This document shows, piece by piece, positions 1 to 9,481 of a DNA stretch of 64,000 nt; position 1 is the first letter of the stretch, and every line of letters starts with the position of its first letter. The stretch is from the NCBI GenBank assembly GCA_945889325.1, contig CAMDBH010000002.1, positions 39,242-103,241 of the forward strand. Reading direction: 5' to 3'. The notes under the pieces were generated by a model. It ran no database searches. It was not told the DNA's origin and worked only from the letters and a program-made list of their open reading frames with translations. The DNA comes from Klebsiella pneumoniae. Its GTDB lineage: Bacteria; Myxococcota_A; UBA9042. A program made the position numbers and the translations under genes.

Positions 1-148
1 CGACTGCGGAAATGGTTATCGCTCGTCTTAAAGCCAAAATGCAAATGTAACGATGCTTGGGTGCGTTTGGCTGAGCGCAGACACAAGGACTCTTGTTCCG
101 AGCAAATAGCTGCATTATTCTAAATGTTTTGAATGGGCGAGGTGTGCG

Positions 149-547
149 ATGGCAGCCGACTTGGTTCTGACGGACGACACCATTGAAATGATGGCCGACG
201 TCAATATGAACGGCAACACGTTGAATGCACACCAGTTGAACGTGGCTTTGAGTCTGCACGCACACCAGTTGAACGTGAAATCGAGCTTGAATGCACACAA
301 GGTGATTGTGGCTTCAAGTCTCGAAGTTGGAACGTTCTTCATTGGCGGGCAAAGTTTTAATGTTTTTCCAGGACCGATCATTCTGACCGGACCAACTCCA
401 ATTGCTTTACCTAGTCTGTTGCCGGATTCCGCAGTCGATGCGATACAAATGGTCGATAACATTGATCTCATCGAGGAAATTCGAACTCTGCGCGCGGAAA
501 TCAAGGCCTTGAGGTGGCAAATCAGTGTGCTTCTGGTGATTCCTTGA
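149..547 (+). CDS. Hypothetical protein with three 11-aa repeats and a C-terminal coiled coil
   Basis: 132-aa ORF with ATG preceded by GAGG. Repeats LNAHQLNVALS/LHAHQLNVKSS/LNAHKVIVASS; heptad-like tail LIEEIRTLRAEIKALR. Confidence 0.6.
   Translation: MAADLVLTDDTIEMMADVNMNGNTLNAHQLNVALSLHAHQLNVKSSLNAHKVIVASSLEVGTFFIGGQSFNVFPGPIILTGPTPIALPSLLPDSAVDAIQMVDNIDLIEEIRTLRAEIKALRWQISVLLVIP
221..319 (+). repeat. 3 x 33-bp imperfect tandem repeat (coding)
   Basis: ttgaatgcacaccagttgaacgtggctttgagt / ctgcacgcacaccagttgaacgtgaaatcgagc / ttgaatgcacacaaggtgattgtggcttcaagt. Confidence 0.85.
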
Positions 548-853
548 ACGACGGATCGGCATCGTGCTCGGGATGATGTCAAACGGTGCGATTATCAACC
601 AACTGATTATGCAGATTAAATCATGCGCAACACACCTCTTCCTCTCGTTGTAAATCTGCATCAGGCAACATTTTGGCGAAGTTCGGTTTGGCGGCCCGTA
701 CCAGATGGCGCTCAAACCGAACACAAACACGGAGTTGCCAGACCAAAAACGACCGTTTGGCACCAGAAATCAAAATCTTGAAATGCGGTCGTATTCGACA
801 TTTTGCCCACGATGTAGAAAAAGTCTAATGAAAACTCGGAGTTTGACACAAAC

Positions 854-1714
854 ATGAGCGCAAAATCCATTCGCCAAGGTATGAACTGTTTGCACCCTCA
901 GGTCTCAGGAGACCGAAGCATGCGTCGCGACCTCTTTTCCTTGCCGGATATGCCTGCGGCGCTATTTAGCGGAGGCGCATCAACTTTGGCACCTTCAGGC
1001 ATTGCGCCGACGTTATTGAGTACAAAGGCAATGCAAACTATCCTTACGACAAAAAGCATAGACCTAGTGTGTGTTCTTCTCGGTTTCAGTGACTTAGCAT
1101 TGTACGGTCTGGGCCAGCGGATGAGACGCGCTGTGCGATGCGTGCAGGATGCCCGCGCGATTCTGCATGCCGGCGGGGCCGCCTCTATCGGGAAGGCGAC
1201 TTGGAAATTCTACGACTGGAAATTTATTCATGAAAATATTGGCTACACGCTGCCAGTGTTTCAACAACCGTCTTGCACGCAGGAGGTTCTCGACAACATC
1301 GCTGCGGCAAACCTCACATTTCTCGCACCCAAGGGTACAGAAGTGTTGGTTTTTTTTGTAGAGGCACTCCCTGGATATCAAGGGATCGACATGTATGGCC
1401 CAAATGCGCCAATTTTCGTGGCAATAGGCGGAGGGTGCCAACTGACGATCGTTGCGCCAGTTCCAGGCGAGGACATTCTCGGCGACACCCTCGCGCACGA
1501 ACTAGGACACCGTGCCGGCCTCGATCATGCCGAGTGTGACAATCAGTTCAAACCGCTCTGCGGCGATCCACCAAGCGCGACTTACCACTGTTTGGCCACG
1601 ACCAAACCGTGCTACACCACCAATTTGATGACGGGTGTGAATCCAGGTACCCAACTTGAGCCGTACCAAGCTGCTGCTTTTACAAACATTGCAAATATCG
1701 CCCCATGTTACTGA
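854..1714 (+). CDS. Putative zinc metalloprotease (metzincin-like); start uncertain
   Basis: HELGHRAGLDH matches HExxHxxGxxH; downstream NLMTG is a candidate Met-turn. Confidence 0.7.
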   Translation: MSAKSIRQGMNCLHPQVSGDRSMRRDLFSLPDMPAALFSGGASTLAPSGIAPTLLSTKAMQTILTTKSIDLVCVLLGFSDLALYGLGQRMRRAVRCVQDARAILHAGGAASIGKATWKFYDWKFIHENIGYTLPVFQQPSCTQEVLDNIAAANLTFLAPKGTEVLVFFVEALPGYQGIDMYGPNAPIFVAIGGGCQLTIVAPVPGEDILGDTLAHELGHRAGLDHAECDNQFKPLCGDPPSATYHCLATTKPCYTTNLMTGVNPGTQLEPYQAAAFTNIANIAPCY

Positions 1715-1758
1715 ACGGAACCAGAGCTACTCGCCGTTGTGGCCAAATGTCCGCGGGT

Positions 1759-2409
1759 ATGTTCGGCACATCTCGCTTGCGGTTGTGTTTGGCTTACCTA
1801 ACGCTGGTCATGCTGACTGCTTGCGAAGCCGCCACTTCGCCTGCGGTGCCGTGCAGCTCTACCAACGTTTGCAAGTATGATGGCCTGTGTTCCGGTGTTG
1901 TGCCGGATTGCTTCGCTGCTAGCCGAGACGACTGCAGAATGTCGTCCATTTGTCGACATTCTGCCCGGTGCACAAACGTCGACGGTAAATGCGTGCTTGG
2001 ATCTGACGACTGTCGCGCGTGGGATGATTGCGTGAACGCTGACTACGAATGTCCAACTTGCCCGCCGACCTGCTACGCGTATTGCCGACGGGATGGATTA
2101 TGCACGGTTGTAGGCGGCAAGTGTGCCGCGGCGACGGACAAGGACTGCGCGGGCTCCAAGATTTGCGCTGTTCTTGGCAAATGCACCGCAAAAAGTCAAA
2201 AATGCGTTCCCGGATCCGACACCGATTGTCGCGCCAGCAGCTATTGCAAGGCGTACGGCAACTGCAGTCTCAAAAACGAAGTGTGTCTGCCCGGTTCGCT
2301 GACCGATTGCACCGAATCTGAGGAGTGCCAGGCACCCGCGAAGTGTACGTTCGAGGACGGGGTGTGTTGCAGCGCGGAATTCCGCATTCCGGGCCACGGA
2401 TGCAAGTGA
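1759..2409 (+). CDS. Cysteine-rich repeat lipoprotein
   Basis: Hydrophobic signal ending in lipobox LTAC. Recurrent DC..S..C...G.C.....C modules. Start could be 1747 or 1759. Confidence 0.7.
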   Translation: MFGTSRLRLCLAYLTLVMLTACEAATSPAVPCSSTNVCKYDGLCSGVVPDCFAASRDDCRMSSICRHSARCTNVDGKCVLGSDDCRAWDDCVNADYECPTCPPTCYAYCRRDGLCTVVGGKCAAATDKDCAGSKICAVLGKCTAKSQKCVPGSDTDCRASSYCKAYGNCSLKNEVCLPGSLTDCTESEECQAPAKCTFEDGVCCSAEFRIPGHGCK

Positions 2410-2413
2410 CCGC

Positions 2414-2753
2414 TCAAATGTCTAGAAAAATCTGCGACTCCTGTTGAACTAAGCCGCCAACGCGGCGAACCGCCCGCGGCCCAATGCTGTTCGGTTGCAG
2501 CAAATCGACGTGGTAGCCGAAACGCGTCAAACAGGCTGCCTTCACCCAACGCTTCATGCACGATAGCAGCGACTTGTGCGTCCGAGGGCACAACAAGCAG
2601 GTCGGCGTCGCGGGTAAATTCAAGGGGTCCATCGGCATCGCCGAGCGTCGGATCCCACGCCAGCAGCGCGGCGGAACCCGCGACCGTTACTTGCTCGCAG
2701 CCGGTCAACGCGCGCACCGCGTCAATTAGGTGGATCAATGCCGGTAGCCGCAC
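2414..2753 (-). pseudogene. Frameshifted/truncated DUF6036-like nucleotidyltransferase
   Basis: N-terminus VAGSAALL...TRDADLL is an NTase GS...DxD motif. After GEGSLFDA (~2524) the expected continuation FGYHVDLL lies in another frame and ends at 2414. Confidence 0.6.
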
Positions 2754-3037
2754 AAATCCCTCGCTTTGCGCCGCACCTCGCGCGGAAGCAGGCCGGCGAG
2801 CGGAGCGAACTCCCGCAGGCGTTGGCTCTGGGCATCAGGGGCGCGCAACACCTGTTGCAGGTGGGCCATACCTTGCGCCGACGCGCGAGCATCCGCCAAC
2901 AACACGTCCCAACAATCAAGCCATTTGTCCCCGTGCGCACCGAGTTGCCGCCAATGCGTGTTGGTCGCCTGCGCGGTTTGCAACAGTGCGGGGTCGGCCA
3001 GAAGCGCGTCGGCCACAAGTTCTGCGAACGTTGACAT
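2735..3037 (-). CDS. Small helical protein, putative antitoxin-like partner of the NTase
   Basis: 100 aa from MSTFAEL. The pattern LLADP..L..A.....W...WL..W..LL...LREFAPLAGLL resembles proteins I recall upstream of DUF6036 genes. Overlaps the NTase start. Confidence 0.6.
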   Translation of the reverse strand: MSTFAELVADALLADPALLQTAQATNTHWRQLGAHGDKWLDCWDVLLADARASAQGMAHLQQVLRAPDAQSQRLREFAPLAGLLPREVRRKARDLCGYRH

Positions 3038-3291
3038 GGTTTGCTTTGCCCGCAAATGCGCGACTTCTTGGTATTTTACCAAACCGCGGTCGATTTGTCC
3101 ACTGCCGATGGACCCGCCAATCCGTGGCGCCCGCCCACCAAAAACAAAATCACAAACTGCGCGGAACGCGCGGAACGCGCGGGAGCTAAAAATTGCAGAT
3201 TGGGCAAAAATCATCAAACATAACCCTCGATCCGCGCCCATTCATCCACCGCTTGTCCGTGGTTCACCAATCACGTGCGCGATCCCGAGGC

Positions 3292-3318
3292 CAAAAAATT
3301 TGCGCGGCAAATTTTTTG
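3292..3318. repeat. Perfect 12-bp inverted repeat
   Basis: caaaaaatttgc-gcg-gcaaattttttg. Confidence 0.8.
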
Positions 3319-3467
3319 ACGAAAGACGCGCCGGCACGTGCACTTATCGCGGGCCCATCTCTTCTCCGTCCGCTGCCTGCGGCAGGATCCATTTGCGCCG
3401 CGCGCAAATGCAACGGTTAGTGCAGCGGGATAAAAGCATGAATTTAATGGCAAAAGCGCGCGGGGGT

Positions 3468-3499
3468 GCAGGGGGCCGCCGCGCGAAGCGGCCCCCTGC
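3468..3499. repeat. REP-like GC-rich hairpin (12-bp stem)
   Basis: gcagggggccgc-cgcgcgaa-gcggccccctgc, preceded by gggggt. Confidence 0.7.
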
Positions 3500-3546
3500 T
3501 CGCCGATAGGCGAAACCAATCTAAAGATAACAATGTGTTACAACCG

Positions 3547-3641
3547 CGCGCCGTGAGGCGCAAAACAAGCCTTTGCAAATGAAAGCCGCGCCGTGAGGCG
3601 CAAAACAAGCCTTTGCAAACGCACGCCGCGCCGCTAGGCGC
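3547..3641. repeat. 40-bp-period tandem repeat (about 2.4 copies), each copy with a small hairpin
   Basis: cgcgccgtgaggcgcaaaacaagcctttgcaaa at 3547 and 3587; partial cgcgccgctaggcgc at 3627. Confidence 0.85.
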
Positions 3642-3786
3642 CCAACCTGCCGGAGGCAAAAGCCATGCGCAGCATAATGTTAGCACCGCTACGCAGTCGC
3701 GTAATCGACCTGAAGGTCAGCTATGCCAAACAAAATCCAAATGAAAGCTGGACCGCTCAGGGCAAAACCCGCCGGGAGGCGCCCCA

Positions 3787-4536
3787 TCAATCGATCAAAG
3801 CCTTCAAAGCCTTAGCACTGCGCAACGGCTGATGCACGACTTCAGTTAGCAGCGACGCCAAGTGATCTTCAATAATCCTGAACATTTGGGGCGGCAAGGC
3901 GTCGATCAGATCCAGCGTCGGCGGCGACTGCGTCAAGACCGCCAAAACCAGCAACCACGCGGCGGGCAAACGCGGACCCGACGCACCGGCACATTCCAAA
4001 CAAATCAGACCGTGCGCGGCCTGCGGCCAAACTGCGCCCGCGGCGTTGGTTCTGCCACACTGGGCACATTGTTGAACGTCGGGGAAAAGGCCCAGCGCTT
4101 GCAGAAAACTGACCTCCAAAAGCACGCGGGCGGCGCGAAGTTGCTCATCGCCTACGGCCGACGCGAGTGACAGGGCGGCCTGAAGCCAGTGATACAGCGG
4201 CAAATCCGCATGATCTGGCTGACTTGCTACGATCGCGAGTTCCGTTGCATACGAAGCAAGGGCCAGTTGCGCGTAGGTGACGCCTTCATTTCGCCATTGT
4301 TTTATCGGCTGAACCTCGGCCAATGTGTCAAGGCTGCCGCGGCTGTGTTGAGCGAAAACCGTCAGCTCGGCAAAGGGTTGCAGCAAACCTGCGAAGCGGT
4401 GGCGGCTGGTTTTGGCGCCGCGGGCCAAGACGTCGCGGCGGCCGCTCTGCTCGGTCAACAGGGCCACGATCACGTTGGCGTCCCCCAACGGCTGCAGGCG
4501 CAGGACCAGACAGGCTCCCCAGTCGGCGGCGGGCAT
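3787..4536 (-). CDS. recO: DNA repair protein RecO
   Basis: VLRLQPLGDANVIVALLTEQSGRRDVLARGAKTSRHRF N-terminal OB motif; zinc finger CAQC...CLEC. Confidence 0.92.
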   Translation of the reverse strand: MPAADWGACLVLRLQPLGDANVIVALLTEQSGRRDVLARGAKTSRHRFAGLLQPFAELTVFAQHSRGSLDTLAEVQPIKQWRNEGVTYAQLALASYATELAIVASQPDHADLPLYHWLQAALSLASAVGDEQLRAARVLLEVSFLQALGLFPDVQQCAQCGRTNAAGAVWPQAAHGLICLECAGASGPRLPAAWLLVLAVLTQSPPTLDLIDALPPQMFRIIEDHLASLLTEVVHQPLRSAKALKALID

Positions 4537-4545
4537 TTGTTTTTA

Positions 4546-5127
4546 TTAGCGAATCGCGCCCGGCGTCGCGCCCAAAGGCGCGGGACCGGCGTGACTGGCG
4601 GGCGGCGGCAGAGGTCGGCGACTGACGGGTTGCGCAGGCGCCGGGACGAGTTGCGCGGGCGCGGCGGCAGTGGCGGGCGCGACCGTTTGGCCCCTGTTGG
4701 CGGCGGTTTGCACGGCGCGTTTGCCGCGGGCTTGGTAGGCAAAAACGGCGATGATCGCTGCGGTCGCGGCGAGCAGGACCAATTGCGCCGGCGACAGGCC
4801 GCGGATGGGACGGGCATGATCGCGGAAATAATCAGGCATTGTCGCCAGTTGAGGTTCATCAAGCGGCATAATGGCTGCGGTAAGTTCGGCGCGAGCAGCT
4901 GTTTGCGCTTCATAGCCTTCTAGCAACTGTTCGGCATCGATTTCGAGGAACTGGCTGTAAATTCGTATAAATCCACGGACGTAAACCGGCGCAGCCAAGT
5001 CTTCGAAACGGTCCTCCTCCAAAGCGAGCAACACGGCGCGGGTCAAGCGGGTGGCGCGCATGACGGCCTCAAGGCTGACGCCTCGGGTTTCCCGTCTCTG
5101 CCGAAATTTCGCGCCGACTGTGTTCAA
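4546..5127 (-). CDS. RodZ-like HTH membrane protein (HTH_25 + TM, short C-terminus)
   Basis: VGAKFRQRRETRGVSL...LLALEEDRFEDL..PVYVRGFIRIYSQFL, then one TM helix. TTG start is inferred. Confidence 0.8.
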   Translation of the reverse strand: MNTVGAKFRQRRETRGVSLEAVMRATRLTRAVLLALEEDRFEDLAAPVYVRGFIRIYSQFLEIDAEQLLEGYEAQTAARAELTAAIMPLDEPQLATMPDYFRDHARPIRGLSPAQLVLLAATAAIIAVFAYQARGKRAVQTAANRGQTVAPATAAAPAQLVPAPAQPVSRRPLPPPASHAGPAPLGATPGAIR

Positions 5128-5461
5128 ACCCTTGCCTCGAAACTTTTGCGTGACATTTTTGCGGTGACGACTTTTGCCCGACGCTGCGCAATTTGTTCGC
5201 ACAACGTCGCAGGATTGCAAATCATGTGCTCAAGGATCCCCGAGATCCGCGGCCAAACGACCGCCGATCGCCGCGCATTGATACCGCGCGGAGCGCTGGG
5301 TTGCAACCCGCCGCGCGGCGCTTGGACCTTCAGGCGTGGGGCGGATAAAATGTTAATTATCATCACATTGCGGATGGGTGGCTGCGTGCGAGCGCAACGT
5401 CGAAAAATATTTGTCAACTATCGCCAAGGGATAGCGATGACCAGTTTTTTGCTTTTTTGCC

Positions 5462-7453
5462 TCAATCCAAGCGCCGCAGGGCGTCCACTGGGGCCCGCGA
5501 CGCGGCGCGTTGCGCGCTGAACCACGCGGCGGCAAAAGCGAGCAGGGTAGCGGCACCGCCGGCCAGGAAAAACGACGCCGGTTCGACGAGAACGGGCAGA
5601 CGTGAAATCAAATAGACTTGCGGATCAAGGGGATATCCGACAGCATCGAGCAGCAGACAACTCAGCCCACCGATCAAAAGACCGATAAAGGTGCCAAAAA
5701 GACCGACGGCCAAGCCCTGAACCAAGAAAATCGCCGCCACTGAACGGCGAGTCGCCCCCATTGCGCGCAAGATCGCGATTTCGCGGGCGCGTTCGTGCAC
5801 AACGACGGCCTGCGTGCCGACGACATTGAGCGCCGCCACCAGCACAATAATAAATGGAAATAATGACATCGCGATCTTTTGCATGCGGGCGGCGTCGAAA
5901 ATGTTGCGGTTCATTTCCTCCCAGTCGATGACGCGGTAATTGCCGACTGGTTTGGTTTTGATCTGGCGACCGACCCGCGAGGCTGAAACCAAGTTGTCGA
6001 CCAAAGCCAGCGAGTCGTCGGCGGCGCGAATTTCTGCGCCCGCCACTTGCGGCTGCCCCAGTTCCAGCAATTTTTGCCGCAGCAGTTGGCTATTGCTCAA
6101 TAGGTCTGACATTTCTGTAGGCTCAAGCGCGGCCTTGAAAACATCGACCTGATTGGCGGCCAAAATCGGATCGACCACGCGCACTTCAATCCAGCGTGCG
6201 ATGTCGCCGCGGGCCAAAAAGCGCTGCGCCGCGGTAAAATCGGTCAGCGCCAAACGTTGATCGTGATCGTGAAAACCGGTGCGCAAGATGGCTGAAACGG
6301 TAAACCGCCCCGATGCGCTGGGCATCGCCTGATCGGTGCCGCGATCAATGCCGCGCATCGGCGACACCGCCCGCACTTCATCGCCGATTTTCACCTGCAG
6401 GCGCTTGGCCAGCCCCTCGCCCAACATCATGGTTGGCAACTCGGCGCCAAACGACTGCCATTCGCTGATATCTTTAACGATTGTGGAAATTTGTTCTGGC
6501 AGAGTCAGGGCCAAAGCCGCTACTTCGACGTTGACAACAGCAACCGCTGCGGCCGAGATCGCCAGGGCGTCGCTCGGCCCTGGGACTCTGAAATTGTTTC
6601 CATTGTGCAAGATGACGCTGGTGGTCTGGCCGTCGAGCACCGTGATTGTTTGTTCTTTTTGTTGGCCCCCGTCAAACCAGCGCAAATTATAGGCGCCTGG
6701 CCCCAGTTCCCAACTGCCCACGACGGCGCAAGGGCTGCGGCTGCCACGGCGCACGGTGTCCTTGCTCTCAATCTGATTGACAAATATCTGCACATCCCCC
6801 GTCAGCGTCGGATCTTTTTGGCCGCAGCCGTTGGCGTCGAACACGAGAATTTGCCCAATCCCGCCGCCGGGAGCGACCACCGCAACGGGCACAAGCCAGC
6901 GTTTTTCCGGCGGTCCGCCGACAACAAGCACATGGCGCGCGCCACTGACGCCACGGCTGACCTGTAGGCCGTTTTTGTTGAGAACGGTCACGGGTAACTC
7001 ACCTTGTTCATCCAAATGTCCTGCGACTATGGCGCCTTCGGGCAAGGCTTTGAGGGTGGTCAAAGGCACGCCGCGCACAATTGCGCCCGCCCGGCCCATG
7101 GCGGCGGAAAGCATCATGTCGTCATAAGTGGCGGGGGAAACGTTACGCACACTTGGAATACTGTTCAGTTTATTTGCGACGTCGCGGTAATCGCGTAGGT
7201 CGACGCCGCGGCGCATGATCACCAGGTGCGGATACGTGGCCAGAATGCGATCTTGAAAAGCTGCTTGAAAACCCGTGTTTACGGCAAGAACCACGATCAA
7301 CGCCGCCACGCCGAGCGCGATCCCCGCGACCGACATCGCCGTCACCAGCGACAGGTGAACGCTGCGCCGCGACCGCAAAAGCCTTGCGGCAATCAACAGT
7401 TCAAAAAAGCGATCTGGCAACGGCGTTCGGGTTTGGTTTTTGGGCAAAGGCAT
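5462..7453 (-). CDS. LolC/E-family (FtsX-like) ABC permease with expanded periplasmic domain
   Basis: SVAGIALGVAALIVVLAVNTGF; IDWEEMNRNIF; ERAREIAILRAMGAT; LDPQVYLISRLP. Start at MPLPK is inferred. Confidence 0.85.
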   Translation of the reverse strand: MPLPKNQTRTPLPDRFFELLIAARLLRSRRSVHLSLVTAMSVAGIALGVAALIVVLAVNTGFQAAFQDRILATYPHLVIMRRGVDLRDYRDVANKLNSIPSVRNVSPATYDDMMLSAAMGRAGAIVRGVPLTTLKALPEGAIVAGHLDEQGELPVTVLNKNGLQVSRGVSGARHVLVVGGPPEKRWLVPVAVVAPGGGIGQILVFDANGCGQKDPTLTGDVQIFVNQIESKDTVRRGSRSPCAVVGSWELGPGAYNLRWFDGGQQKEQTITVLDGQTTSVILHNGNNFRVPGPSDALAISAAAVAVVNVEVAALALTLPEQISTIVKDISEWQSFGAELPTMMLGEGLAKRLQVKIGDEVRAVSPMRGIDRGTDQAMPSASGRFTVSAILRTGFHDHDQRLALTDFTAAQRFLARGDIARWIEVRVVDPILAANQVDVFKAALEPTEMSDLLSNSQLLRQKLLELGQPQVAGAEIRAADDSLALVDNLVSASRVGRQIKTKPVGNYRVIDWEEMNRNIFDAARMQKIAMSLFPFIIVLVAALNVVGTQAVVVHERAREIAILRAMGATRRSVAAIFLVQGLAVGLFGTFIGLLIGGLSCLLLDAVGYPLDPQVYLISRLPVLVEPASFFLAGGAATLLAFAAAWFSAQRAASRAPVDALRRLD

Positions 7454-7584
7454 ACAGTGATAGAAGTAGGGTTGGTCTTGACCGGGTGCGACCGGCGATC
7501 GCATCCTGCGCGCACGCCGTGGCGGCCGCACAGTGGCACGCGCACGCGGGCATCGCAAGCCGATCGACAACCCATGAGGCAGAA

Positions 7585-9336
7585 ATGCAACGCAACTTCC
7601 TAATATTCCTGACGCTAAGCGCCGCGCTGATCGGCGGCTGCGGCGACCCGCCCCTGTCAAAGAGCGATGCCACCGCGGCGAGCGACGTCGGTTTGGTCGT
7701 CAATGGCGACGTGTCGGCCGAAGAAGCTGGCGCGGACGGCGGCAGCGACAACGGCGACGACGTTGCGACTGCGGACACGGCAGTTGCCGATTCCGTGCCG
7801 ACTGACGCGCCGGCGGTGGATGCCGCGGCCTCGGACGCACCAGTCGCAGATATACCGATTGTTGATACACTTTCACCTGATGACACGGGCGATGACGTCG
7901 CTCTGCAGACCTTTGAAGTGGTGGGCTCCGTTCCCGCCGACGGATCGGCGGGACTAGCTCAACCATTGATTTTTACGATTGAATTTAATGATGTCGTCAA
8001 GGGGGAATCGTTCACGCCGTATACGGCTTTTGTCAAAACCAGCACCGGCGACGAAGTGGCGGGCAGTTGGCTAACCACTGAAAAGAAAGTCACTTTTACC
8101 GCCAGCGCCAGCGTACCCTTTGCCACGCGCATCAACGTGACTTTGACCAATTTGATTCAAGCGAAGAAAGGCAATTCTTTGCAAGATCAGAAACTTCTGC
8201 ATTTTTATACCATGGCGATGCCCAAGATGGAGCCGTATGCCAAACTGGCTGCGCGTTATGCGCCGACGATCCGGCAAGGCCTCAACGATGGCGGGCCGAA
8301 GTACGATGTGATGCGGGCCATTGACTTCGACGACAATTGGAATTTGTCGGATAACCTCAAGAATACTGCGCTTGTAGATCCCGTGCCGACGGTTGCGTGG
8401 AGCGTCATTGAGTCGCAAAGTCACTTTTACATTTTCTACGTTTTCTATTGGCCCAGCCGTATCGCACTGGATGCCGGTGTGGCTTACGACAATGACAGCG
8501 CGGGAAGCCTTGTAACAATTGAGAAATATCCTGTTGAACGGCCCGTTGCGCTGACGACGTATTTCAAAGCCAAGGGCGACGAGGAAATGTGGACCTGGAT
8601 CACCAGTGAAAGTGGCCTGCCATCGGCGAAAAATCCGTTCATTCGCGGGGTGTTGGCCCAAGATCAACTGTTTCCTAAAGCCGGCGATCCGCTAGACCAG
8701 TTTGGTTGTGAAAGTGTCGCCAACTGTGTGCCGCGGCGGTACCCAGCCTACCTGACCGCGGGAAACCATCAGAGTTGCCTCTGGTTAGACGGCGGCGATG
8801 CCGGGGCCAAGCAGTGCGTCAACAACGCCTTTACCCAAAGCAATCTGATCGCGATCGATTTCAAGCCCAGCGACAAGCCGATTGCGATCAAAGCCAAGGG
8901 CGCCAATCCGCCCTTGACGGCACTTTACGGCTTGCAACATCTGGATGCTTCTTGGTGGCCGCACCGCGATGAGGCTGGAGAGACAGCACTTTTTGCCGAT
9001 AGCACCTTTCAATACGTCGGTCCGCCTGGCCGACCTGCTGGGCCGAAACAATCGATTGGCGGAAAATTTTTCAATAAAAACGCTGATTTCTCGCGTCCGC
9101 CGTGGGCTTGGCGCTGGCTGCCGACCTCGCTTAGCCAGAGTTACTACGACATGCCGCGCGGTACGCCGTTTTACGATCCGGCCTTTGCGCTGTTTGAGCG
9201 TTTGGGCGGCGATGACAAGAAGTTGCCGGTTTGGAATCCGACAACTAAGACAGGATTTTCGCAGGATTATTGCCTGCAAGCGTTTTTTCAGATCGACAAG
9301 CGCGACGAGGCCAACTGCCTGTATAAATGGCCTTGA
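7585..9336 (+). CDS. Lipoprotein with Asp/Ala-rich linker, Ig-like (Big_5/SbsA) domain and uncharacterised C-terminal domain
   Basis: MQRNFLIFLTLSAALIGGC lipobox; VVGSVPADGS...IFTIEFND Ig-like motif; GAGG upstream. Confidence 0.75.
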   Translation: MQRNFLIFLTLSAALIGGCGDPPLSKSDATAASDVGLVVNGDVSAEEAGADGGSDNGDDVATADTAVADSVPTDAPAVDAAASDAPVADIPIVDTLSPDDTGDDVALQTFEVVGSVPADGSAGLAQPLIFTIEFNDVVKGESFTPYTAFVKTSTGDEVAGSWLTTEKKVTFTASASVPFATRINVTLTNLIQAKKGNSLQDQKLLHFYTMAMPKMEPYAKLAARYAPTIRQGLNDGGPKYDVMRAIDFDDNWNLSDNLKNTALVDPVPTVAWSVIESQSHFYIFYVFYWPSRIALDAGVAYDNDSAGSLVTIEKYPVERPVALTTYFKAKGDEEMWTWITSESGLPSAKNPFIRGVLAQDQLFPKAGDPLDQFGCESVANCVPRRYPAYLTAGNHQSCLWLDGGDAGAKQCVNNAFTQSNLIAIDFKPSDKPIAIKAKGANPPLTALYGLQHLDASWWPHRDEAGETALFADSTFQYVGPPGRPAGPKQSIGGKFFNKNADFSRPPWAWRWLPTSLSQSYYDMPRGTPFYDPAFALFERLGGDDKKLPVWNPTTKTGFSQDYCLQAFFQIDKRDEANCLYKWP

Positions 9337-9369
9337 AGTCGATTTTGACGCAAAAAATGACGCACTGCG

Positions 9370-9397
9370 TTGACAAACGCGCGTTAGGACCTATTTT
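9370..9397 (+). promoter_or_regulatory. Possible sigma70-type promoter of serA
   Basis: TTGACA-16 nt-TATTTT upstream of the ATG at 9482. Confidence 0.4.
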
Positions 9398-9481
9398 GGG
9401 GTCGCGTGCGCGGGTGCGGGCGCATGTAACTTTCGGTTTGCAGCAAAAGTCTGCGCCGCCCCGACAATTCAGGAAATATTC

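Noticed and set aside
407..763. 118-aa minus-strand ORF
   Set aside because: Overlaps the better-supported 149-547 gene and has no motif or RBS.
3547..3641. Possible mini CRISPR array
   Set aside because: Only about 2.4 units, 7-nt linkers rather than unique spacers of about 30 nt, and no cas genes.
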